Shown here: piece after piece, positions 27,380-40,698 of the stretch | How the letters are laid out: every line of letters begins with the position of its first letter | Position numbering within the stretch: the first letter of the stretch is position 1 | Source: Lama guanicoe | Lineage: Eukaryota | Direction: 5' to 3' | Assembly (NCBI GenBank): GCA_013239625.1 | Contig: MU056000.1 | Span: 13,281,175 to 13,345,174 of the forward strand | Length of the DNA stretch: 64,000 bases | Notes under the pieces: model-generated | Databases searched by the model: none | Told to the model about the DNA's origin: nothing | Seen by the model: only the letters and a program-made list of their open reading frames with translations | Position numbers and translations under genes: made by a program

Positions 27380-27555
27380 TGGATCATCAATGCATTTGTC
27401 TTCCACAATTAACTTACTAAGAGCATCATGAAGCACCCATAAGGGCCCTGTGACTAAGGAGAGTACTTTGAAATTCACAATCATAACACACTTAAATTCA
27501 TTAAATTCTGGGCACGTGCCATTATGCCAGTAAGGAAGCAATGGCAGTTAAATAG
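27380..27555 (+). pseudogene. Decayed exon resembling RGS helices a1-a4
   Basis: Translates LTKSIMKHP*GPCD*GEYFEIHNHNTLKFIKFWARAIMPVRKQWQLN, compared with the RGS pattern L..IL.HP.G...F.EFL......E.I.FW.A. Ends at donor AAATAG|GTATGT. Has in-frame stops. Confidence 0.5.
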
Positions 27556-27879
27556 GTATGTCTCTCTTAATTCTTTGTTTTTATATTTGACATATTTATA
27601 AGTTACTAATATAAATTTGGCCCAAATAGTTTCATATGCATTTGAGCATCTCCTAGATGTAAGTGATGCTATAAAAGGAAATTCATTTCTTCCATCTGTG
27701 ATTTTCTTCTAAAATTCAGCTAAAGAATTTTTCTTTTCAGAAACTGTACTTTTCATTTCTGTAATTTTCCCTTGATTCTTGTTATTAAATAAATTAAAAT
27801 TCTTGCTAAAATTCTCTATCTTTTTAACTATTTTTAATATATTAATCACAGTTACATTAAAGTTTGTACTTATTTTCTC

Positions 27880-28905
27880 TTGCTATTATTATCACAATAT
27901 AACTGCTTAAAATAATGGAGTAGGAAATGAAGTAACTTCCCTGATGCTGAAATTGTTTGCTGAGTCTTTCAAACTAAAAAATCCTTTCTCTCCCTTACTG
28001 CTTTTTGTGTTAAGCAACCCCCGAACATTCAATACCTTTAACCAGGAAGAAGGTAATGGGAGGTAATCTCAAAAGAATGGACAGACGCTCCACCATGACA
28101 CCAGAAAGATTCACGGAGCTTAAGGGGAATGTAGCTGCACCCTGTAAATCTCCCTGATTGTTATCACCTTTTCTGTTCCATTCAGTTTTTTTCCATAAAA
28201 CTTCAAAACCCCAACTCCAAGTTGGATTCACTGTCTCTCAGGCATGAACGTGCTGTGATTCACTTTTACCTGGCAAAGCAATAAAGCTGTTCTCTTCTAA
28301 TCTTCTCAAAACTCTACCTCTGAGTCTCAATCTGTTTTGAGGGGACAGACGCCAGTTTTGTGGCAACAGTAACACCAACTAATTAGCTCACAGTTCTGTG
28401 GGTCAGAAGACCAGACACAATGTGTCAGGGTTCTCTGCTCAGGGACTCAAAAGGAAAACTCAAGATGCCATCCAGTCTGCATTCTCATCTGGAACGTGGA
28501 GTCCTCTTCGAAGCTCACATAGCTATATAAGAATTCAGTTCTTGAAGTTTTAATATAAGGTCCTCATTTCTTTGCTAGTTCTCAGCTACTATCTGAGGCC
28601 ACTCACATTTCTTGCTACATGTCGCCTTTCATCTTCCAAGCCAGCAATAGAGAAATTACCTCACACTGGGAATCTATCTCAGATCCAAAAGCTATTCTGT
28701 CAAGAGGAACCTTGTCCCAGGATTTAGTTGATGAAGGCAGTCCTTTCAAGGAAATTTTCAATATCTTATGGTCAACTATTTGGGACCTTAAGTACACCTG
28801 CAAAATCCTTTCACAGTTGCACCTTAATTAGTGTCAATGAATAAGCAGAAGGTTGTGTAAACTAAGGCAGAGACATTGGGAACCATCTTAGAATTTTGAA
28901 TACCC
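27880..28905 (-). mobile_element. MLT1-type MaLR LTR, interrupted by a younger LTR
   Basis: ctcacagttctgtgggtcagaag...gggaaccatcttagaatt; the sequence continues across the 27916-28368 insertion. Confidence 0.7.
27916..28368 (+). mobile_element. ERV1-type solo LTR nested in MLT1
   Basis: TG...GGCAACA ends, AATAAA ~28280, near-TSD ATAA/GTAA. Confidence 0.7.
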
Positions 28906-29147
28906 AAGATTCCTTTAAATTAACTCCCATATCTGGAGCATGTATGGATGTCTTTTTTATGATCTCAGCTTTTATCCCCTCTTATTCATTTTTGGGCATG
29001 CTGTTATGGCCTCAGATCTGCCTAGTAATTTTTGATTAAATACTAGTCAACATATATATTTATTGGAAAAAATAGTGTAGGGCCACAAATGATAGTGCTA
29101 TTTCATATAAAGTTAAAATCTGTATGGCTGATTATTGTAGTATAATC

Positions 29148-29304
29148 AGTGGTACGGACTGAATTCCAGCTCCACAAAATTCATATGCTGAAGCCCTTTA
29201 CTGGAGATAGGGACTTTAAGGATGTAGTTAAGGTTAAGTGAGATCATAAGGGTGGAGGTTTGATTGAATAGAACTGGTGCCCCTATAAGAAAGGAAGACG
29301 GAGC

Positions 29305-29342
<38 letters not shown>

Positions 29343-29526
29343 GATGTAAGAACACAAGAAGAAAGCAGCTATTGCAAGCCAGGGAGAGTTCTCACCAGAA
29401 ACTGAACTCTGCTGAAAACTTGAACTTGAGCTTTCCAGCCTCCAGAATTACGAGAAAATAAATGTATGTCATTTACATAACCCAGTCTATAGTATTTTGT
29501 TATGGCAGCTTGAGAAAACCGTGACA
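29148..29526 (+). mobile_element. MLT1A/B-type MaLR LTR with internal (CT)n
   Basis: aaattcatatgctgaagccc...ccagcctccagaattacgagaaaataaat...ttgttatggcagc. Confidence 0.85.
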
Positions 29527-30409
29527 GTCAAGGTTTGTGCTGAATGGAGACTGATTTGCATCCTTGATAATGGTCTGCTCTTATTCCCCATTAGCACTTC
29601 CTTGTTTCGCCTGATTTACTCTGCAGGATTCCTCTCTCTCGTGGGACCTTAAAGTCTAGTCTTTCTTTATCTCACATGATTGTAAAAATCCACATTCACT
29701 TTTTCAGTCTTTGCACATAGATTTCTGGTTTCCTGCTGCACAGAGACCTAAGACCTCCTGAGGGGCAATGTGTTATCTGTTATAAGTTGTACTGGGTTCT
29801 GACACGGTGCACACATCCTCAATGCTGTCCTCTGCAAGTGTTCGTATAGGGCTCTATAAACTTCTCAGCATCCCGCCTGAATCAGCAAATGACCCAGGGA
29901 AAAATGGCAACAGAATCCAGCTCACCTGTCTGAATTTCTTCTTTCTCTAGAATCATTCTTTTGCTACTTTAGCAGAACTTTATAGCTTTGGTACAAATCA
30001 TTTCTCGATTTTTTTTTTAAATCATTGTATATAGAGACACTGATCTTCCACCAGGTGTTCCATTCACCAAGAAGTGACATCAGTTCAGGTATTTCAAGTA
30101 TTTTTATTTACCCTGGATTATTGAAACTCATTTGTTTTTGTGTTTAATTTTTAAATTCAAAATTCTTAGTAATTATCATTCTTAACATGCCAAATCAAAG
30201 ACGTACTGATATAGGGGCTCAAATATCACATTGACTTTTATCCATCAAAATTACACAGTTTATCCAAAATTTTAAGTTAAAAGCAACTTTTTAAATTTGT
30301 GCTTCAATCAGAGACAAATATTTAGAAATAATTGTCAAAATTAATACATACGTTTGAAATTGTCAGTTTCACAGCAGGTCCTGTTTAATTAGTAGTGCTT
30401 GGGCCATTT

Positions 30410-30997
30410 AAATGGTGATATGGTGTAACAGTGTGAGCATGAACACGTAACTACCTGAGGTCTAGTACCCACTCCCTGACTTTCTGTGTGATCGGCCAAC
30501 TGAATACCTCTCTACCTCATTTCTCTGACCTATATGGTGAGAAAAATAATTTCCCTCACTTTTTTATATTGTTGTGAAAATTAAGAAATTTAATTTTTTA
30601 ACTTTAATAGACCTAAATATGCACCCCCACCAGTTTATATATTGAAGCCCTGACCCCATATATGATGGAATCTGGAGATGGGGCCTTTGAGAGTTACATG
30701 AGTTTAGATGATGTCATGAGGGTGATGCCTTCCTGTTGCGATTAGAGCCCTTTATAAGGAGAGATACCAAAGAGCATTATTTCTCTTTCTCTCATCTCTC
30801 TCCCTTCCCACTACGTGAGAACACAGTGAGAACGTGACTGTCTACAAGCCAGAAGGAGAGGTCTCACCAGAAACAGCCATAGTGGAAACCTGATGTTAGA
30901 CTTGTGGCTTCCAGAACTGTAAGGAAATAAATTTCTGTTGTTTAAGTCACTCAGTCTGTGGTATTTTGCTATGGCAGCAGGAGCTGACTTAAGACAG
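30410..30997 (+). mobile_element. MIR fragment plus MLT1A/B LTR (30605-30997)
   Basis: tatattgaagccctgacccc...cttccagaactgtaaggaaataaatttctgttgtttaagtcactcagtctgtggtattttgctatggcagc. Confidence 0.8.
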
Positions 30998-32559
30998 TGT
31001 TTCACATGTAGTAACAGTAGATGTAATCACAATGCCTGGTTCCCCAGAAGCACTCAGAGATTCAGTGAAAGGAAAACAAATTGGTTGATTTTTCAGAATG
31101 TGTCTTCTGAACTTTTGGATGAGTTGTCAATGATGCAGATATATCTGATTATAACATTTTGTTTTGTACAAAATTTCTTGCTTTTTTAACTTTAAGGTTT
31201 CAACATGAAACCTATTGCTGCTAATAGTATAGACATAACTATTTTTTGATATCAGTTTGATACCATCATTTAACTCATTGATCCATATCTTTCTCTTAAG
31301 CCATAGAGATCTTTGCTCTTAAACTTGAACTGACTTTTCTTGACCAAGAGAAAATGTAGAACTTTCAGCCCCTAATTTAATATGTTCATATTTTGAAAGC
31401 AAAATATTGTATTCAATTATTCTTTTCTTCATGAATCAGGCATTTACAGGATAAATTCACTCTTAAAAAGTTGATTACTGAATTTCCTTAATGTATCAAC
31501 TTGAATATCAGGGAAAGACATTTTCTGGAAGGACAGAATCTGTAGTATGAGTAAATTTTCCATAATTTTACCTAAAAATAAATTTGACTATGCAGTTCAG
31601 ATCTCCTGGTTAATTGAGGACAACATTCCCTTAGAGTATCTTTTAGATTAGAAGAAAATAATATTGAAGCTCAGTAATACTTAAGAGGGCATGATCTCAT
31701 TATTTGGATATAAAATTAAAAAAAAAACTTATGTTGATAATCAGTCTAAATTACACCATAGAAATACTGGAGAGTAAAGCACAGACATAGTATTCATTAA
31801 AATTCTAATGATAATATAAAGTGAAATGGATGCTAATGCCTGGTTTAAAATTCTTAACAGTGAAATTGCAAAAAATTAAATAAAAATATTTCTACAGGAA
31901 AAGGAAGAATTGTGCTGTGACAAACAAAACAATGCATGTGCATATTTGAAAATGAATGATCCAGAATGTCCCTAGTAAATGTTCTTTATATTTTATATTG
32001 ACATACTATCTTTTCTTCTTTGGTAAAGAACAAAGGTCAGCTGTATGCAGCACCCTGTGAAATTGTTTATTCATGAGCCAGTAGAAACTGATTCTGAGAC
32101 ATTGGTATCAACAAAAAGAGAAAGTGACCAGCAGGTTTTATTGGCAAGAAATTTTATTGTTTTCTGTTCCCTCATTGAGATCTTAACTTCTTTATTGGAA
32201 AACTGATTTCTTTCTTTAAGTAAATATTTATTTTCCTTTTAAGGAGACCAGGGTTTTTGTATTGGTAAATGTACGTTAAAATAATATTAATGGAAGTTGT
32301 GGATTAGCACATCTATCTTATACTCAGTTACTTGTGGAAAATTTAATTTTGCCAAGAATTTAATTAAGGGACTAATTTTACTTTTACAATGATGAGATAC
32401 TTTGGATTGGGAAGACTCTATTGTAGATCTTCTATGCAGTTAATTCTAGTAAAACACGATGATGGAAAACTATATTGCACGACTATCAATGTCTGCTACT
32501 ATGGAGGTAATTATTAAGTTTAGTGAAGTTGTGTGATAATAAGAAAATTTTGACTTTTA

Positions 32560-32945
32560 TCCAGCTTTATTGAGATATAATTATTTAATGTTGTGTAAGT
32601 TTATGTTGTACAATGTGTTAATTGGACACATTTATATATCTGGAAATGATTACCACTGTAGGATTAGTGAACTTCTTTATTATCTCCCATAATTACCATT
32701 TCTCTTTTAGGATGAGAACATGTGAAATATGTTCTCTTAGTTACTTTCAAAAATATAATATAGTATTTTGAACTACAGTCACAGTGCTGTGCATTAGATC
32801 TCCAGAAATTATTCATCTTATAACTGGAAGTTTAAATACTTTGACCAAAATCTCCCCATTTCCCTCAACCCTCAACCCCTGACAACCACTATTCTACTCT
32901 TGTTTCTGAGTTTGTTTTTATGGATTCCATATATAAGTGATATTT
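32560..32945 (-). mobile_element. L1MA-type 3' end
   Basis: cagctttattgagatataatt...cattagatctccaga...cccctgacaaccactattctactc. Confidence 0.8.
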
Positions 32946-33273
32946 GCCTTGGCAATTTCACCACTTTCTCATTGACATGGCCAAGATATATATACCTGAG
33001 TATGTATATATATATAAAATATACTTGAGTATGTAGAATTCTTTCTTAAGTAATTTGGAGACATAGGATTTGAATCACAGGCTACATTGCAAATGTTAAC
33101 CACCTTTTAATTCTTATTATATAACAGCAGAGTCTTACGTAAATAGGTCACTTAAGGTTTGGAATCTCATTAAAAATCTTCCATACTGGGAGAAAGAAGA
33201 ATCATTGATTTGCTTTATATTTTAAATACAAATTTTAAAGGTTTACAGATTTCTTTTTTCTTTCACTGCTTAG

Positions 33274-33415
33274 CTCTGCTAACTACATTGCTTTTCACAA
33301 ATGTTCAGAAAGATGTAAAATGTATTGACTGACATTAAAAAGCTACTCTTTTGGTATCATTATTTGCTAATGAGCTTGTTTTGGAGTGTTTGCAGGATGA
33401 CATTTTCCTGTATGA
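33274..33415 (+). pseudogene. Decayed exon, start of an RGS-like domain
   Basis: Acceptor ttttttctttcactgcttag and donor GA|GTAAGG. Translates ...VKCID*H*KATLLVSLFANELVLECLQDDIFLY(D/E). Confidence 0.5.
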
Positions 33416-34739
33416 GTAAGGTCAGCTCTGTTACTTATTCTATGAAAGAAAAAAAAAAAAGTCTTCTTGAAAGATGAAGTTATACATTTGACCCAAAGCT
33501 TGCTTTAAAAATCAAGAAATAGCACCTCCAGTTCACATAGCTGCTCCAATGTAGGAGGTGGAGTTTCAGCAATTATTAGGCGTTATCAGGAGGTAGAATG
33601 GATTGAGGGATCAGTCATGTTAAATGTTATGCTCAAACTAATTTTTGAATGTCACAATATTACCATTTTAGAAAGAGAGGCATAAAGACCTATAAGTGGA
33701 AATGTAAAGTCTGCTCTGCCTTCCTTGTGGCTTCCTTGCCTTCATCATCAGTTGTCATTTAAAGATATCTGGATTGCCAAAAGCAGGAGCTCTAAGGAAA
33801 CAGGACTTGGATTTTGATCTTTAAGAAATGAGAAGGCTTGGGAGTGTTTGAATAAATCTCTGAAATAGTGAAATTTACTGTTTACTAATGTTAATCTTGT
33901 GACTCTACTCTAGGATAAGTTAGAATGGAAAAAATGCATTGAAAAGCAGCATAGCTCAGTAAAAAGGGAATTTTCAAGTCCGCCATTATGACAATATCCC
34001 TTTCTGCCAAATTCGTTTGTCTCATAATCATTTTCAAGTTGATTAAGTTGATTATTATGATACCACACACATGGTATCATAATTGGTATAATACAACTTG
34101 GAAAATGGACAAAGTTAGAAAGTAGCATTTTTCACTGGTGATGACAGAAAAGGATTATGGAGTAAGTCTAATGTAAGCATTGTCCTGTAAGATGAGCAAT
34201 GTTTTGAAAGATAAAAATATGGAGTGTTATGTTTTATCTCTTAGTGATTGCAAGAGCCTAGTCGCATTCACTCATGTCTCTTTCACATGCTTTGTGAATA
34301 ATAAACACTGAGAGACGTGAAATTTATTCCCACAAATTTTCTCCTTCCTTAAGTTAACACATTTTTGATGAGCTTTTAGGTGTACAATAATTGACTTTCT
34401 TGATCTCAATTTTGTAAAGTATAAGGCAGACAAATTTCAAGATATAATATAATAGACAAAAGGAGATCTAGCTTCAATGTATGTATGATTAATTATCGCA
34501 GATCAAGTTCCATTCTCCTTCCAGTGACCAAATGAATCATAACTTGGTTAGGCTGACATGAGAATCAAGGCTGCAGAGAGAGAACAAAATGAAGAAACCA
34601 AGAGAGAGGCAGTGGGAATGCAGCCTATATGAGTGCACGTGAAATGCTGCTGCGAGGAAGGTTGGAGATTAGCAACGTGGACTGTCAAACCGCAGACTTC
34701 CCAAACTCAGTCATCTAATTCTGCATGTTTTCTTCTCAG

Positions 34740-34810
34740 CCAATTCTTTTGTCAAGTATGGATTGTAACATGCTATGTTCAAGTGGAGTTGCAACATAAG
34801 GAATGCAGAA
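34740..34810 (+). pseudogene. Decayed exon, RGS a3-a4-like
   Basis: Acceptor gttttcttctcag and donor AA|GTAAGT. Phase-compatible with the previous exon (..FLYD-QFF), then with one frameshift reads VKYGL*HAMFKW. Confidence 0.45.
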
Positions 34811-35441
34811 GTAAGTCACAGTAGTAAAAAGCTCGGCAAAGAGACAGCTGATGTACCGAGTGAAGAACAGAAAGCTTGATTCATGCAGGTGAGTTGGGAC
34901 AGCCCAGCCATGAGCAACGGGAGTCAAGAGAGGAGGAGGGCTCAGGGCGTGTGGCAGCAATGACGAAGTGGTAGTAAGGAGGATTTACTAATTGGCACCG
35001 ACTGACAGAGCCCTCGAGTTCATCATTAGTGCTTCAGGAAAATGTTTTTCTTTTCAAGAAATATGGCTCAATTTGGGGACATTTTCTCTGACCCTTGGAT
35101 AGGGAAGAATGAACGAGGTGGAGAGTGAATTTGGAACTTGCTTTTATGGGTTTTTTTTGCAGTATCTACATATTCATAGTTATTCTAACTAACATGTATG
35201 TTGTAAATAATCTGAGAAGTACAGAATGTGTCTGAGAACAAATGTCCAATTTTAATCTTAGCCTCTGATTTTAAATGTGTGTATGTGGTGGAATCTAAAT
35301 TATAATTCATTAATATATAGATAGGCATTAATAAAAACTTGAGGGTTTTATTTAGGAAACTTAAGTACAGGAAAATATAAATAAACAAAATAGAAAAAAA
35401 ATCAATAAAGCATGGTGGAGTCCAAGTCCCTAATTTCTCAG

Positions 35442-35498
35442 ACCCAGATGAAGTTCAAGACACGTATCTGGTTATACATGCAGCAGATCCCACAAAGG
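35442..35498 (+). pseudogene. 57-nt symmetric exon, RGS a5-like
   Basis: Acceptor taatttctcag and donor GG|GTAAGG. Open reading DPDEVQDTYLVIHAADPTKG, resembling the D..I.D.Y....A..P.G helix-5 segment of AKAP10-type RGS domains (recalled, not computed). Confidence 0.5.
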
Positions 35499-36238
35499 GT
35501 AAGGATAATACTTACATGATTTTAACAAAAGTGGATCAAATTACATCTTCAAGATTTTGCGGAATTAGAGCTAGTGTTACATGATTAAAGTATGTAAAGC
35601 AATTGTGCACCCTGTCGCTGAAAAGGGTGTTTTAAAATAACATCTTCCATTTGATTTTCAGTTCCTAGGGCTAATTTTTAAAATATTTTTAAATTAACTT
35701 TTTATTTTTAAATAAAAATTATATATGCTTAAGGCATACAGTATGATTTGATATCAATATGTGTATGAAATGATCACTACAATGAAGTTAACTATCTTTT
35801 CCTCACATAGTAACATTTTTTGTGTGATCAGAGCACTGAAATCTACTTTAAAATATCTGCAGGAAATGTCAATAAGGAGTTTTTAAAAATTCCTTGCTAT
35901 ATTTAAATGTCATAAATTAGACATGTTATATAAATCTCTCAGAGCAATGGTATGCAGTCATCAATAAATGTTTTAAAATAATATTACCAATGCAAATTCT
36001 TAATATTACATTTTCCTTAAGCAGAATATTGGTGGATATTAAAAATGATCTTATTTTTTAAATGTAGAAGTTGATTGATGTCATACTTACAAGCACACTT
36101 ACTTATATGTTTATATAGTCATTCTAACAAGCATTGTATACTCAGATCAAATAAATACGTATTTTTTTTTTCCCACTGAATGCTCAAAAGTGCTCTCAGT
36201 GATAAACTACCTATGTATCCTTAATCTTGTTCCTTTAG

Positions 36239-36440
36239 TGGTCTTGGCCACAGATTTTTCTCTTGAAAATCAGGTTGCTGAACTGATTAGAAATTGGTCC
36301 CTTTCAAATCTGCAAAACCTTTATGCTGAAAGCAAAGAGTTGTTTGGCGATAAATATTGTCTCTTAATGGAGAGCTGCAAATCTGAAGCAAGAAAAACAA
36401 CAGATGGATATAAAATGAGCAAACCCCAATCAAGAACAGG
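36239..36440 (+). pseudogene. Exon remnant, RGS a7-a9-like (within ORF 36190-36468)
   Basis: Acceptor tcttgttcctttag. Open reading VLATDFSLENQVAELIRNWSLSNLQNLYAESKELFG, compared with the RGS C-terminal F..AQ..V..LM...W..FL.S.LY pattern. Donor position uncertain. Confidence 0.5.
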
Positions 36441-39009
36441 ATTATGTTTGAAGCTAACAGGAATCTAAGTCATTCTGACTTCTTTATCTTTCTATCTGCA
36501 GAGCTTAGCTTGATGACAAACACAGGAGCTCAGTAATTGGTTTTGAAGAGATTTATGCGAATTCAAATATTAACTGACAAGTGCCTTTCTAAAGTAATTT
36601 TCATCCCCAATATTCATGGTATAGATAGTGTTGCTTCTTAATTTGTAGTTGACTTGATAAGCACACATATTGTAAACATCAGTGGTATTAAAGAGTTTTA
36701 AAAATAGCCGTGTCTTAACCCACCACATTCTATTCCTAGCCCTGCTTCTCTGAAGCAATCACGCCCACATCCTTTTTCTTTTTCCTTTGGTATTCACCTC
36801 ATTTTTCTAAATGTGTGTTTTAGGACCATTTCATAATTTTTTGATTTATTGATTTATCAATTGATTTACTATAAAGATTCAACCTTTAATATTATCCTTC
36901 TACCGCCTCCCCATATTACACTAGAATTATTATATTGCTGCCTTTAATTAATACAATAATAAAGATGATTTTATTACTATTAGTATGTAAATATTGTTCA
37001 TAGCTGATTCAGAAAAAAAGTTTTCTTATGCACCTTAACAACATTTCCTGAAGTTTATAATATTCTTTTCTTGTAGTTATTTTATACTCCTAATTTTAAA
37101 TTTCCTCAAATCTTCCAACAGATATGTAAACATTTAGAGGTAATCTAAGTGCTTATGAGAAACTTACTCCATTCGTGCCATTTCCCTACTGTATTCTCTG
37201 AGTTCCCATTTTGTAACTTCCCTTATTTGGATGTAGGACATTCAAACATATCTCGTATGTGTCATCTTTCTTCTAGAATTTTCTGTTTCTTTATTTTTAC
37301 TGTATTTTCCGAGAAACTTTTTCAAGTTATCTTCCCTATCACAAAGACTGTATAAGTGCATATTTTGAAGAGATCTTTCTTATTTCCCTTTATAACATAT
37401 ACTGTTCTAGTTGCATAGATAGAATTTATTTTAACTCTCTGAGAATATTACTTGCTTTCTCTTTTAAAATTTTCTTTTCATCCCTGAACTGTCTGCTTCT
37501 TCCAATTACTCTGGTCTTCTTAGCCTTTTTTGTTTGGTTATTTGTTTTGATTCCTCCAATATTAAAGTCTTTCCTCAAACATATGACGTCCTGACTTTAT
37601 ACTCTTGCATTCAAGCAAAAAGCAATCAAATCGACAATATTGTGTGCATGTGTGTCATTTACTGAAGGGTGACTACCTGGATGGGACGCTAGGATTGTTT
37701 TAAATGTAGTTGTAAGTATATGAAAGTTATTTTTCTAGAATTCCCCAGATCTCTATAGAAAACTTTTCTAGATTTCTACTTCATAAATACAGGTAGGTAT
37801 GCAGAAGCATTGAGAGACAGTAATCTGTTAGTTTCCAGCATTTCTGATACCTAAATACAGAGACTGAGTTTGGAGGTTCAAATAATCTGCATGCAGATTT
37901 TGCTTTAAGACCTGGGCTTCGTTCTTATGCTCTGATCTGCCTGATATTCTTAAATACTGTGACTCCATCATTCTTCGAATTTGCTTTTGACTCATGTCCT
38001 GACCAACTTCATTCCTGCTTTGGAGATAAAAGAATTTATGTTTCCCCAGTATCTATCAGGGCTTCTAAAAGAGTTTGGGTCACAGGTAAGATAACTTTTC
38101 ATAACTTTTTAGTTAGATTCTCTCCCTTTTTAGAGAAAAAGACCTCTTTTTGTGAAAAGAAATTTTCTTTGTGAAATTTTCAAGAGCAGGGATATTCTGT
38201 TTCAGTCAGAATTACTCCAAGAAACAAATATCACACTTGAATTAGGTAAGGACAGTTGGAGCCAAGATCTCTCCCCAAGGTGTGGGGAGGATGTGAGACA
38301 AACACAGGGATCTGGAGTGCTCAGTGATGTGCCCCCTGCAGATACCCTTGTGCCTGAAGGTGCAGATTATGGGGGCATTCATGGGAACCTGGAGAACACA
38401 GGAGCCATGTACAAGGCTCAACTAAAAGATGCTGTTAACCTAAGCCGTGTTTAAGTAATTAATTAGAGTCTTTGATCATTTAAAAAAGATGAATGTTGCT
38501 CCATAACTACATCCATGTTTTCAAAAACATCCTGATTACTAAGAAATTTTTGTCTGTTCACAATATTCAGAGGTGATCTAGAGATGTTTCCTTTAATTTG
38601 ATGTTATCAACTTGGATGCAGTTTTACTTCCTTTTACCTTGACCTGGATAGCATGAGTCTCTGTTTTTATTTTATTTTTATTTAAAAAGAGCTTACTTGG
38701 TTGGTTTCTCTCCACAAAATTATCATAATTTAAAAATTTGAACAAAGAAATTATATCACTATAAACCCGCTATTAAAATAATCACCTAATTTTAAACTGT
38801 GATTATTTTAATCCTTTTGAAGAAAATTTGAAATATTAATTCCCATTTTGACTATGCAATCTAGATTTTTTTTCTAAAATGTTGTATCATTGTGATTTTC
38901 TTTTTTGTTCTTTGTTGTTATTGCAATATCTTTAAACCTAATTTTAAGGGTGATATAAAACTTACCATGTAGCACTCTTAACATATTTAATTATTTCTCA
39001 TTGTTCAGA

Positions 39010-40110
39010 GACATGTTGGTATTGGAGTGTATTCCAGCAAGAATAGAAATATGGATTCCCCCAGTCTAGAGAGCATTTCCCACCCCTCCACCCTCCAGGA
39101 ACAGAAGGGAAGCCAACTGATGCAACAGGAATGCAGTGAGTTTGGAAAAGAATAGTAAATGAAGTCGAAGGGGCAACATGAGCTGCTACACACTAAATTT
39201 TAGTCAATTTGCTCTGGCCTTGAAGACACAGCCTCTAGACACAGCAGCTATACGCAGGGAAATGCATTCTGCCAACAGCCACATGTATGTAAAAAAGATC
39301 CTGAGCGCCTCGAATGAAATTTCAACCTTTGTCCTGAGACAGGAAGGGGCAGGGCACAGCCATTCAAGGAATGCTGCAGCAATTAACATCAAAATGGTGA
39401 AAGATTCAACCCCCAGTAGGCCTTAAGGCTCAGGATGATAAGAGATTTAACTTCTAGTAGATCTCGAGCTTCATTAGACGCTCATTGTACTATATTAACA
39501 CAGTGAATAACATGCCCACAGGCCCATGGCAGCCCCAAGGCTAGCCACAAAAGGTCAAAGTGGGAAATGGCCAACATCCTGCGAATCCCAGCCCCTTCCC
39601 CAGGCTACTTAGACTGGTCCTTCCACTTATTAGCATATGAAGCTACCAAAGCCCATAAAAACTGGCAACACTGTGCCTTGCGGCCGCCCCCTCTCTCTCT
39701 TCCTCTGTTCCGAGATGGCCTGCACTCTGTCTATGGAGTGTGTACCTACTTTTAATCTGAGCACCCAACCCCCACAACTCATGGCTTTTCTCTTGCCTTT
39801 CCGTGTATCTCTCTGAATAAATCTACCTTCACTCAATTGTGGCTCGTTCTTGAATTGTTTCCTGCGCGAAGCCAAGGACCCCACTTGGCGGGGCATGTCC
39901 CAGGGGCTCAGTCGAAGCCTGGGACACACACGGCCCTCCTCACGCCCCACATCTGTTTTCTTGCATCAGTCTGGTACCTTGATTTCATCCTGAGAGATCT
40001 CAAGCTGGCAAGTGCCTGGAAGTTTACTCTTGGAAAACCTGTTGATGAATTCATGTTGTTTTAATCTTCTAAGCGTGTGACACTTTGTTAAGCAGCAATA
40101 CAAAACTGAT
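39010..40110 (+). mobile_element. MLT1-type LTR split by a MER41-like LTR
   Basis: ggccttgaagacacagcctctag...tctgccaacagccacatg [insertion] ...ttgttttaatcttctaag...tttgttaagcagcaatacaaaactgata. Confidence 0.7.
39335..39968 (+). mobile_element. ERV1 solo LTR (MER41-like family), copy 1
   Basis: Starts TGAGACAGGAAGGGGCAGGGCAC, ends GCATCA. AATAAA ~39816. Near-TSD GTCC/GTCT. Confidence 0.85.
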
Positions 40111-40210
40111 AGATGGCTCTACAAAGATTTCACTCTACTCTATTTCAGTGTTTCCTAAATAAGCCTTCTTTGTAAATACTCAATCCCCTTTATCTAAATT
40201 TTTATACAGT

Positions 40211-40698
40211 TGTCAACTGAAAAAAGATAAAATTTGCACAATGTAAAAATTGAAAGTTACCTTTTATTTGGTGGGTTTTCTGAAGACTTCCAGCCAGAGA
40301 GATAGCCTCTCAGATAACACTACGGGACTGCTCCAAAGAGGTAAGGGAGGAGCCAGTATATAGAAGCTTTTGCAACAAAGACCAGGTAGTTGGAACATCA
40401 AAAGATAACTGTTAATTAAAGAAAACCAGATATCTCAAGTTAAAGAACTGAAAGCTTTTCTACGTATGGGAAAGATGCAAGAGTCTGGCCTCACTGAAAT
40501 CATCCCTTTGATCTGCACCTTTGCCACCTGGGGCCTGGATCCTGTTCTTTCCCATCCTGAGCACCCTCTGGCTGCACCGTGGGGGTGGTTGGCCCATTTG
40601 TCTCCATCCTGAGTTTCCTCAGGGCTCACTGCTGGAGGCAGCTTGATGGCTGCACCATCCTTTGTTAACTGGTGTGGAGGAATCATTTTTCATTCACA
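40211..40698 (-). mobile_element. ERV1 solo LTR with perfect 4-bp TSD
   Basis: TG...CA termini; CAGT at 40207-40210 and 40699-40702. Confidence 0.85.
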
